From Fidelibacterota bacterium (GTDB lineage: Bacteria > Fidelibacterota > Marinisomatia > Marinisomatales > S15-B10), in NCBI GenBank assembly GCA_002729175.1, contig PBTS01000003.1, forward strand, positions 19,629 through 29,699: DNA of 10,071 nt, written 5' to 3'. Position 1 is the first letter of the stretch, and each line of letters opens with the position of its first letter. This document shows, piece by piece, positions 1 through 8,075 of this stretch. A program made the position numbers and the translations under genes. The notes beneath the pieces were generated by a model. The model did not search any database, had not been told where the DNA came from, and saw nothing but the letters and a program-made list of their open reading frames with translations.

Positions 1-134
1 TGTTGACAAAACTGAAAACCGTCATCAGGTAGAACGCAGTCGGTGGCACAAAGTTCAAAGTGAGGCTGAAGCTCAAAAATGACAGCATCACCCAGTTGAC
101 CAAAAGCACCTGTTATGAGTACACGTTTCGACAT
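1..134 (-). CDS. Extended SDR / NAD(P)-dependent oxidoreductase, probably dTDP-4-dehydrorhamnose reductase (RmlD/RfbD-like); 5' part only, runs off the left edge
   Basis: Not in the ORF track. Manual translation from ATG at 134 gives MSKRVLITGAFGQLGDAVIFELQPHFELCATDCVLPDDGFQFCQ, open to position 1. VLITGAxGQLG is the Rossmann GxxGxxG motif typical of RmlD-family reductases. Only 44 residues are visible, so another epimerase/dehydratase subfamily is possible. Confidence 0.75.
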   Translation of the reverse strand, partial: MSKRVLITGAFGQLGDAVIFELQPHFELCATDCVLPDDGFQFCQ

Positions 135-181
135 AAATGTGTGTTTATTTCATCCAGAACCTCATTGATCCTACAAATTGA

Positions 182-210
182 AATTTAGGGCAGTGCCGTA
201 CCCTCTCCAA
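182..210 (-). promoter_or_regulatory. Candidate sigma70-type promoter for the RmlD-like gene
   Basis: On the minus strand TTGGAG (210-205) and TAAATT (187-182) are separated by exactly 17 nt. They lie in the only intergenic gap, about 48 nt upstream of the ATG at 134. Motif match only. Confidence 0.4.
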
Positions 211-240
211 TGAACAGATGTGCAACAGGATCAGACCGGA

Positions 241-1257
241 TCAGCCGGCCTCGGTGGAGAATGTGTGCGCCATAATCTCCATCTGGCGCAACGATATGAT
301 CTTATTCTGGCCAGGACTGTGTACAAGGAAATTGAGGTGAAACAGCCGATCCGACTTTTCGTCATAAAAGACATATGAGATAAACGGCCCACCCTTTACC
401 TCTTTATTATGCTCCCAGAGACCTTCTACTCGCCACGCCTTCTGACTGATAAAATCAACAGATTCTGCTCGTTGGTAGACATCAGAAAAACGAATCTTAT
501 TGTAATAAGCCATAGGGAAATCGTTTACCAGTTCAGTTACCATTAGCTGATCAAGATCTTTCGTTCTTGGTTCATCTATCCAGTTCACAGAGAACCACCT
601 GAATGGGAATGCTCTTCCGATCCAAACGAAATTTCGCTCAGGTTCCTCCCTGATCATGACATAATCATGTTGAATACGAAGACGCCAGTGGTATTTCTCC
701 CAAAGTTCAGCTGAAAGTTGTTTCTCCTCCCTCCGTTTGAAAACATGCTCTTTCTGTCTTTCCAAGAACGCCTTGTCATACTGCTGAAAAAGCCACGTTC
801 CTCTGTTGCGCAATCCGCGGATCAGATCAGCCGGATCGTTGCCAACCACAAGTGAAAAAACCTGGTCACGGGCAAAAAAATCCCGGGTGGAGAAAATTTG
901 AGTATTTCCATCAGTAGCGAGGTCCAGCTGAGCTGGGGGAAGCATTGATCTAGCGATCCTGTCAACGGTGGTATCAGGAATTCCCAGCACCGAGATCACC
1001 AGCAGATTGTGGCTTCGTTTCACAGAACTGAACTCAAAAGGATCAATGTAGGTAATATCAAAATAGGTTTCCGGAGCTGGGGTATAAATGGCCCTGCCAA
1101 GAACGGAGTCGATAACGGCCTTCACGTGAGACTGATCCTCGAAAGAAACCACAACATGAAGCTGATTCTCAATACCTCCTGCCCGTGGCTTGTAATCGCA
1201 ACCGGCAAGAACAAACGCCAGCAGCAATGCTATCCTTATAAAAATAATCTTCATCAT
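241..1257 (-). CDS. Lipoprotein, DUF4837-like family (function unknown)
   Basis: The N-terminus MMKIIFIRIALLLAFVLAG/CDYK is a signal peptide with an LAGC lipobox. Motifs TPAPETYF, VEGLWE...GGPFISY and PGQNK...LRQMEIMAHT resemble DUF4837 proteins of FCB bacteria (recognition from memory, no search run). The start may be TTG 1260, ATG 1257 or ATG 1254; ATG 1257 overlaps the rnr stop (TGATG). Confidence 0.75.
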   Translation of the reverse strand: MMKIIFIRIALLLAFVLAGCDYKPRAGGIENQLHVVVSFEDQSHVKAVIDSVLGRAIYTPAPETYFDITYIDPFEFSSVKRSHNLLVISVLGIPDTTVDRIARSMLPPAQLDLATDGNTQIFSTRDFFARDQVFSLVVGNDPADLIRGLRNRGTWLFQQYDKAFLERQKEHVFKRREEKQLSAELWEKYHWRLRIQHDYVMIREEPERNFVWIGRAFPFRWFSVNWIDEPRTKDLDQLMVTELVNDFPMAYYNKIRFSDVYQRAESVDFISQKAWRVEGLWEHNKEVKGGPFISYVFYDEKSDRLFHLNFLVHSPGQNKIISLRQMEIMAHTFSTEAG

Positions 1258-3344
1258 CAATCTACCAGGTCGAAATCAGCACGGCGCTTTTCTAGGCTGA
1301 CGCTTCGAACGCGTATTCTCACACTTCGCCCAAGCTGATACTTCTCACCATAACGCTTACCGATAATAGCAAATTCCAATTCATCATAAAAATATGTGTC
1401 ATCCTTCAATGAATCGATACTAACGAAACCTTCCACCATTGTGTTCTCGAGCTCAACAAAGAATCCAGCTGATATTACACCAGAAATAATGGCGTCGAAT
1501 TTCTCCCCAATGTGCTGTGAAAGCCAACGGTTTTGCTTCAGTTTTATATATTCCCTCTCTGCTTCTACAGATTTGATTTCCGCTTCAGTCACCTCTTTGG
1601 CTATGGCGCTCGCGGTATCTCTGGAAATCCCTTTAATGGTATCATCTTTCAAAATATGTTTTTTCAGGTAACGATGAACCAGAACATCGGAGAAACGCCT
1701 GATAGGAGATGTGAAGTGGGTGTATGTTCTGAATGCCAGCCCAAAATGACCCCGGTTGTGGACACTGTATACCGCTTTAGACATGGTACGTAAAGCAAGC
1801 TTCTCAATTAGATCACGATAAGGTGATGCCTCTACCATTGCCAAGATGTCCCTGAAATCGGCTGGCTTTAGGCGCTGAGGTATGTTTCCTCCCAAACTGA
1901 GACGGCGTAATACGCCGACGAAGCGTTCCATATCATTTTCCGGAGGCTCATCGTGGATTCGAAAGATGAATTCATCTTTCCTCTTGCGACGTTTGATGAC
2001 CTTTTTAGATACTTCCCGGTTCGCAAGTAACATGAACTCTTCCACAAGGCGGTGACTTTCCAGACGTTCACTTGGCGTAATCTCGTGGGGTATACCACCG
2101 TCTGCCAACTTGAAAATGGGTTCTGGTATGTCAAAATCAATACTCCCGGCCTGGTGACGTTTTTCGGTTAACCCTTTGGCAACTTTATTCAACTCCCTTA
2201 ACTCATTAGAAAATGCACCTTTTTCACCGTCAAGCACTTTTTGCACTTCTCGATAAGTGAAACGGTGTTTATTTTGGATAACTGACTTCTCAATTCTAAT
2301 TGATATCACATTAAAAGAGACGTCAAGCTCCATAAGAACAGACATAGCAAGCCTATCCACATCCGGCAGCAAAGAACACAGTTCAGCCGAAAGGTTATCA
2401 GGAAGCATCCTTACTGTCCCCTCGGCAAAATAGACAGTGTTCCCACGCATCCGCGCTTCCCGGTCTAGCTCCGATCCTTCACGAACAAAAAAACTGACAT
2501 CAGCAATGTGTACACCTACAACAATATTTCCGTTCTCGTTCCACTGAATTGAAACGGCATCATCCACATCCCGGGCATCCCAGGGATCAATTGTGAGGGT
2601 TACCAGATCCCTCAGATCAGTCCGATTCGGAATCTCATTCTTTATATCCTGGTCCGTCCATTTACTGCTCTCTTTCTCAACCCGATTGGGAAATTCAGGT
2701 GTTAGATCATACTTGTAACAAACTACGGCCATATCGTCTTCAGCATTCTCAACAGAGCCTACCCGTTCAATAAGTTTGGTGACAACGGGGGAATTAGGGC
2801 TACCCCAGTCAGTCACCTTAGCAAGAACAATGTCACCATCAGAGATTGAGTCACTTTTCTTTGTATCCAGCACGATTCCTCTTCGCGGGGAGACAGGTTC
2901 AATTAACAGCGTAAAATGTCCTCTGTTACCTATCACCGTCCCGACAAACTGGTCCGCTTTTCTGGCAACGACCTGATTTATAATTCCTTCACTCCGGTGC
3001 CGTCGTGTAGCGGGAAGAACAATCACCTCAACGGTGTCACCGTTCAGAGCTCCTTTCAGGTTTTTCCGGCCCACAAAAATGTCATCTGATCTTTCATCGG
3101 TTGAGACAAAGCCGTAGCCGTGGCTGGTAAGTGCCAAAATACCACGAACTCTTTCTCCGGAAGATGCCAAGACAAGAGCGCCTCCTCTTGCTCTGATGAG
3201 AGATTTATCGTTCAGAAGTTCATTCACAGTACGACGAAAGGTTCGGTAGTTTTTTTCAGAGACGCCCATGCTCCGGGCAAGTTCTCGCTTGCGAAAAGTT
3301 TTTCCCGAATGCTTCCGTAGAGTGTCAAGAATCTTTTTCTTCAT
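1257..3344 (-). CDS. rnr: Ribonuclease R (RNB family 3'-5' exoribonuclease)
   Basis: 695 aa. It has an N-terminal HTH-like region, cold-shock domain motifs (GYGFV, DIFV), the RNB catalytic motif TIDPWDARDVDDA, GVHIADVS, SHRLVEEFMLLAN, GHFGLA...YTHFTSPIRR and a C-terminal S1 domain (GFFVEL...VEGFV). Confidence 0.96.
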   Translation of the reverse strand: MKKKILDTLRKHSGKTFRKRELARSMGVSEKNYRTFRRTVNELLNDKSLIRARGGALVLASSGERVRGILALTSHGYGFVSTDERSDDIFVGRKNLKGALNGDTVEVIVLPATRRHRSEGIINQVVARKADQFVGTVIGNRGHFTLLIEPVSPRRGIVLDTKKSDSISDGDIVLAKVTDWGSPNSPVVTKLIERVGSVENAEDDMAVVCYKYDLTPEFPNRVEKESSKWTDQDIKNEIPNRTDLRDLVTLTIDPWDARDVDDAVSIQWNENGNIVVGVHIADVSFFVREGSELDREARMRGNTVYFAEGTVRMLPDNLSAELCSLLPDVDRLAMSVLMELDVSFNVISIRIEKSVIQNKHRFTYREVQKVLDGEKGAFSNELRELNKVAKGLTEKRHQAGSIDFDIPEPIFKLADGGIPHEITPSERLESHRLVEEFMLLANREVSKKVIKRRKRKDEFIFRIHDEPPENDMERFVGVLRRLSLGGNIPQRLKPADFRDILAMVEASPYRDLIEKLALRTMSKAVYSVHNRGHFGLAFRTYTHFTSPIRRFSDVLVHRYLKKHILKDDTIKGISRDTASAIAKEVTEAEIKSVEAEREYIKLKQNRWLSQHIGEKFDAIISGVISAGFFVELENTMVEGFVSIDSLKDDTYFYDELEFAIIGKRYGEKYQLGRSVRIRVRSVSLEKRRADFDLVD

Positions 3345-4738
3345 TTGATTTCGCCCGAAATCCTGATGTGAATCTTTCCTTCAGAAGGTCTACTCTCCTT
3401 ATTTACGGCATACTCTACGGTAAGAAGCCCCAAGACTGTAGTCTGCCTGAGACCAATGCCGACCGCCAGTGGCCGTTCCGGAAATGAATGTTGTGCTCCG
3501 TCCAAAAAGCTGTACAGTCGAACTGTGTTACCCAGTTGGTATCTCAATTCAAACTGCTGAATCACCATCCAGTCCGATCTGAATATTTTCTCCTGATAGC
3601 CACGCAAAGTGGCTGCACCACCGTAGCGGAACTTCTCTCCCTCCGGAACCAGCCCGCCTCCAACAATAGCTGACCGTCCAATAGAGGTTGTCAAAGAGCC
3701 GCTCCACGGACCGGTAAGAGGCTTTACCAATTCGCCTTTCGCTGAAACCATGGCCAGTAGTCTACTATTGTTGTCTTCACTGCGCAAATCACCTATATCC
3801 ATCCTTGAGTCTAGTGAAAAACCACTGGTTGATAAATAGGAATGATTTCTTCTATCCAGTTCCTGTCGAAGAGTAATTGAACGGGTGCTGTATCCCTCAA
3901 TTCCGCTCTCAACGCCAAGATCCGTTGCTGTGGTAGCGGCTTTAGAAATGCCTGCTGATAGGGTACCAAAACGTGAAAAGACTGAGGTGAGGGCCACATC
4001 AGCCTGCCGTCTTAGAAAAAGACCATCTTGCAGTGACTGGGAAAAACCGAATTGAGCACCAGAATCAAAGGGGCCCAAAAAAGGAATAACCTCTTTAAAT
4101 ACCAGATCCTGGGAACGCTCGTCTTTACTATTCCAATTCAGTTCAGTTGTTGTTGCCGAACCGAAAAGATTGCCTAATCTGATGGAGAGATCCCCGGTAA
4201 ATCTTCCTTTCCTATCACCATTGGGTCGGTATCCAACAATACCGGAAAAACTGTTGTTGAAGCGTGAACGGACTGGAATAACAAGGGCAATACTTTCATC
4301 CCCATACCGCCCGTAGCTTGGGATATCAGAGAGTTCAAGAAAAGGGTAATTCGTCAATCTTGTATGGACCTCAGCCAAAGTGGTAGCAGATGCTGGACGC
4401 TCAACAAATGGCGAACCAATTCTCCCAATGATTCTATTCGAAAGCTGATCGGTGCCGACAAGCACGACAGAATCGATAGAAACTGTTTCACTGTAGCTGT
4501 TACTCCAGACAAGATGTATTGATCCTGAAATGTCGTTCCGTTTGATGGATTGCAAATGGAGGGTAGCTTGGAGCCGACCATCTGAGACAGCACTTTCTTC
4601 CCACCATTTAACACTTTCTTGAATCTGATGTGAAACGTCATATATATCACTGTCTATTTCCACCGTTAGACTGTCTCCGGCATGAAGCAACCTTATCATC
4701 AACAGCAGACCTGCAATGATATGTTTAGAACGAAGCAC
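3341..4738 (-). CDS. Omp85 superfamily (BamA/TamA-like) outer-membrane protein with a short periplasmic region
   Basis: GTG start preceded by GGAGAGG, and signal peptide MLRSKHIIAGLLLMIRLLHA/GD. One POTRA-like segment (SIDSVVLVGTDQLSNRII...LTNYPFL) is followed by the barrel-start motif LGNLFGS and amphipathic beta-strands. It has the Omp85 loop-6 signature YGGAATLRGY, followed by ELRY...FLD and VGIGLR...LGLLTVEYA. Confidence 0.82.
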   Translation of the reverse strand: MLRSKHIIAGLLLMIRLLHAGDSLTVEIDSDIYDVSHQIQESVKWWEESAVSDGRLQATLHLQSIKRNDISGSIHLVWSNSYSETVSIDSVVLVGTDQLSNRIIGRIGSPFVERPASATTLAEVHTRLTNYPFLELSDIPSYGRYGDESIALVIPVRSRFNNSFSGIVGYRPNGDRKGRFTGDLSIRLGNLFGSATTTELNWNSKDERSQDLVFKEVIPFLGPFDSGAQFGFSQSLQDGLFLRRQADVALTSVFSRFGTLSAGISKAATTATDLGVESGIEGYSTRSITLRQELDRRNHSYLSTSGFSLDSRMDIGDLRSEDNNSRLLAMVSAKGELVKPLTGPWSGSLTTSIGRSAIVGGGLVPEGEKFRYGGAATLRGYQEKIFRSDWMVIQQFELRYQLGNTVRLYSFLDGAQHSFPERPLAVGIGLRQTTVLGLLTVEYAVNKESRPSEGKIHIRISGEIK

Positions 4739-7700
4739 GGACCTCTCCCGAAAACATTAGGAAGTTTTGATGGACGGCATCATTGAGATAGGTGGTATTG
4801 AGATTTAAGGTCAGTGCCTCTGTCAAATTTAAAACAGCTGTGACGGTCGATCTTAGATTCAGCCCCAATTGCATCCCCCGGGCTGCTTCCGGCGGCAATG
4901 AAGAAAGTGTTTCACCATTTTGAAAAACATTAAACATGCCCAGGGAGCCGTCAATGCGGCCACGACGTCCTGGAAACATGAGTGTCTCCAGTTGGATACC
5001 AGTAATGGTTAGATCGAGCAATCTGGTCGCACTCTCTCCTGTATTCCGCCCAATAATCAAATCACCCCCCAACTGCAACGCCTGGTCACGTCGCCATCTA
5101 ACACCTGTCTCAGAGAACCACCCCTCCGTCATTCTTTTTCTGCTTAAAATAGATGAGTTATGATCCATGATATGACTCGATAGGTCCAGGACCAAAGTGA
5201 ACGACTCCCCAAGCGGCTCTTCCCAATTAATAGCCAGCTCCCGCTTTTGTCTGTCTCTCAATTCCTGGATGGACTGTGCCACAACTTCTCTTTGAGCCGC
5301 AGCTTTCAAGCTTGCTCTTCTTCGCGTTTTTCTTGGAACATAGCGGAGATCAGTCTGGGCGGTGAGCCGGGAACGGTTAATCCCCGCGTCACTAATTGAG
5401 GGTGTTAACACAGCAGTGGTTGTGGCTTCCTGTCCAGTAAAGTCGGAGGATCCCAGAAGTCGCCAGGTAAAATCTTTCAGTAAGGCATTTGAAGAATTTC
5501 GGAATTTTTTACTCAATCGAATTCCTGTTACCAGATGCGTGGCAGGCGTCCTGTTTCCCGATGGCAAATGGAACGCCACATAGGGACCTGCCGGATCTTC
5601 TATATATAGTCCAGTAGCGCTGTCGAAACGGAACTGACCCATGCCGTGTGCTACCGATTCGTACACTACAATCTTCTCTTCATAAAGGTTCCTTTCCAGC
5701 CGGAAATCAAAACTCCCCCGAGTATCTCCTCTTTTCGGACTGTATTTCACAGAACCTCTTGCCAGACTGTAGTTCAGGTCATCCCGCCCATCATTGAAGC
5801 TCTTTAGTCTCTGTTTCAAGACAAGAGAAGTGTTTAAGCCTTTGGCAGACTTACCTTTCAAATCTATTTCCCCGAGCCAGCTTTTACCTTCATTTTTCCA
5901 ATCTAATGACGAGAGTTCACCACGATAATCATTCCGCTGGATAATGCCAAGATTTCCCTGGAACCGTCCTTTTTCCACCCGGATACCTGCTGACGATTCG
6001 TCAAACTTCATGTCAGCGGTTCGGGTCTCTTCTTCCCGCCGGATATAAGGGTGTACGTTTCCCGGCATCAAACTGGCATAGATGCGACCACGCCGCCACT
6101 GGGAATTGGTCAGCCTCACCGATTTCCGCTGAACATCAGTGAAATCGATAGATAATTTGTTCAGGTACCGGGCACCGTAACTGGACCGAACCTGCCATCT
6201 ATTTGACTTTTGAGTCACATCTCCATATCTCCCCAAACTGAAACTGGTGGTGGCCCTTTCCGGAAGATCGTGAGACAACGTAATTTGGGTCGTCTGCCGT
6301 TTCAACCCGCCCATCACTGCCGAATCCCAACTTTCTTTCTGGAGGTTCCACTCTCGCCAAAACTCCACCGGCGACTCCCGCTGAAGCGACATAAAGCCAG
6401 TCCCAGCACCTCGTGTTTCAGCATTAATGACAATGGCGCCCAGTTGTGCCGGAAGTTCGGATTTGTGTGAAATGGATATCTCTCCCGCTACCCCGCCTGA
6501 AGAAGTGACACCTTGAGCCAGTCTGTTAGGGTTCAACCCCGAACCGGCCATTTCAATTGACAAATCTGTCTGGTCCGCCAATTTGAAGGCTGCTGTCATG
6601 TTTGCCACCTGCTGCATTTGCGGTGCTGACAGCATTTTCCACGGCACGTAGAGATCGGTATGTTGCTTTCGTTCAGATTCCGGGATATACTCAAAATAGA
6701 GTCGTCCTTCAGCCGTTACACGCCGAGCGTAAAGACCGGCAGCACCCGCATTGTGAAACCCAACACTATACCTCTGTTCATCAAATCCTGTAATACTGTA
6801 AATAAAAATAGAATCATCCGGATTATCTGGATTGACAGTACGAACATATTCTCCCGATGAATCAGGGACAGCCAGCGACCGGACGATTGATGAACCTCCG
6901 GAAGTAGCAAGCAATGTTCGATCTTCAGATGTGAGAGGAAAAAAAGTGTTTCCGGAAATATTGTCAGCCTCTCTGATCCAGTTTATTGCCACTGCAACCT
7001 TTTCACCACCCCATTTCTTGCTGGCTCCAGCGGAGGCCACTTGCCGTTGGAAACCGAAATCAGCATACTCAAACTCCACGTTGATGCGGCTATTACTATC
7101 GATTAGGTGCCTTGGTGTAAAGGTTAGTTCAGACTGACCGTAAACAATGGTATAGTCAGCAGATTCTCCGCGATTCAACCTGTCACCATTCAGCCAAACC
7201 TTTTCCGAACCAGCAGTGATCATAATTCGTCTACCACCATCCTTTCCTGTGAGGCGATACGGTCCCTGGTTCTGATCTTCACCCCTGAATGCCATTGTGT
7301 GAAATTTTCCTCGGGCTGAACCGACGACAGCGGACGTATTTCTCTCCTCTCCACTTGATGAAAAGTTCACCCCTTCAAGGCGGCGATCGTGTCGCTGATA
7401 CCGGCCATTCCGGAGTTTTAGATCGATATCACCGGCTTTAATAGTTGCAGTTGGGTGCTTTACTTCAATAAATACTTTATCTATCTCACTGAGTGACCTA
7501 GTGTCGCCTTCCGGCTGAATTGGCGTGTTTTGATCGGAAAGTACTCCGTTGATGGTCATCTCTTCGCTCAGTTTTCCTTGAAGGTTCAACTGAAGCCCCC
7601 CGTTCATAATAGTTCCCGAATTCGGGGAAATGCTGATGGATCTGAAAATGGCGCCATCCGCAACAACAGGTAAAGGGGGAAATTTTTCGGTGTTGCTCAT

Positions 7701-8075
7701 TGTAGCGGTTTTGGCTGATCCAATAGGAGTCATACCCAGTAAAGGCAACCGGCTGACTGCAGGTTCTACCGCTACGGGAATATTGCCTCTGAGATAGTCG
7801 TAGGAAACCGTTACAACACCACTTTGCCGAAGAGTGCCTTCTAGAATCAACATCCCGTTTACACTGTCCAGTCGGAAGCCGGGAAGAGAAATGGAATCGC
7901 TCACGACTGATACAGACCCCTCAATGACAAACCGGTGAAAAAAAGTAACCGTTGAATCACCTTCAGAAACGGTAATCGTTTCAATGAAATGCTCAACAGC
8001 GACTAATCGGTTGTCATCGGCTCTCGCCAACGACAGTGGTATGAGGAGCAATAACGAAAATGCTCTACTCAACAT
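4725..8075 (-). CDS. Large predicted outer-membrane beta-barrel protein of unknown function (1116 aa) with SprA-like motifs
   Basis: Sec signal peptide MLSRAFSLLLLIPLSLARA/DD, long runs of alternating hydrophobic/polar strands and a C-terminal beta-signal ending in Phe (FSGEVRASF). Conserved-looking blocks are LQLNLQGKL...LSDQNTPIQPEGDT and GEDQNQGPYRL...GSEKVWLNG...DYTIVY...LTFT. The CDS is secure; the function is not. Confidence 0.8.
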   Translation of the reverse strand: MLSRAFSLLLLIPLSLARADDNRLVAVEHFIETITVSEGDSTVTFFHRFVIEGSVSVVSDSISLPGFRLDSVNGMLILEGTLRQSGVVTVSYDYLRGNIPVAVEPAVSRLPLLGMTPIGSAKTATMSNTEKFPPLPVVADGAIFRSISISPNSGTIMNGGLQLNLQGKLSEEMTINGVLSDQNTPIQPEGDTRSLSEIDKVFIEVKHPTATIKAGDIDLKLRNGRYQRHDRRLEGVNFSSSGEERNTSAVVGSARGKFHTMAFRGEDQNQGPYRLTGKDGGRRIMITAGSEKVWLNGDRLNRGESADYTIVYGQSELTFTPRHLIDSNSRINVEFEYADFGFQRQVASAGASKKWGGEKVAVAINWIREADNISGNTFFPLTSEDRTLLATSGGSSIVRSLAVPDSSGEYVRTVNPDNPDDSIFIYSITGFDEQRYSVGFHNAGAAGLYARRVTAEGRLYFEYIPESERKQHTDLYVPWKMLSAPQMQQVANMTAAFKLADQTDLSIEMAGSGLNPNRLAQGVTSSGGVAGEISISHKSELPAQLGAIVINAETRGAGTGFMSLQRESPVEFWREWNLQKESWDSAVMGGLKRQTTQITLSHDLPERATTSFSLGRYGDVTQKSNRWQVRSSYGARYLNKLSIDFTDVQRKSVRLTNSQWRRGRIYASLMPGNVHPYIRREEETRTADMKFDESSAGIRVEKGRFQGNLGIIQRNDYRGELSSLDWKNEGKSWLGEIDLKGKSAKGLNTSLVLKQRLKSFNDGRDDLNYSLARGSVKYSPKRGDTRGSFDFRLERNLYEEKIVVYESVAHGMGQFRFDSATGLYIEDPAGPYVAFHLPSGNRTPATHLVTGIRLSKKFRNSSNALLKDFTWRLLGSSDFTGQEATTTAVLTPSISDAGINRSRLTAQTDLRYVPRKTRRRASLKAAAQREVVAQSIQELRDRQKRELAINWEEPLGESFTLVLDLSSHIMDHNSSILSRKRMTEGWFSETGVRWRRDQALQLGGDLIIGRNTGESATRLLDLTITGIQLETLMFPGRRGRIDGSLGMFNVFQNGETLSSLPPEAARGMQLGLNLRSTVTAVLNLTEALTLNLNTTYLNDAVHQNFLMFSGEVRASF

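Noticed and set aside
181..206. Hairpin as an intrinsic terminator for the long operon
   Set aside because: The stem is only about 6 bp with a G-U pair and is followed by AAATTTC rather than a U-tract.
228..248. GGATCAG direct repeat, with a similar string near 819-838
   Set aside because: Only two short copies with no regular spacing, and the second site is in coding sequence. Not a CRISPR or tandem repeat.
4725..8075. Calling the large protein TamB, a TonB-dependent receptor or sprA outright
   Set aside because: It has a cleavable signal and a terminal Phe unlike TamB, shows no TonB box or plug motifs that I could recognise, and is about half the length of SprA. No gene symbol is justified without a search.
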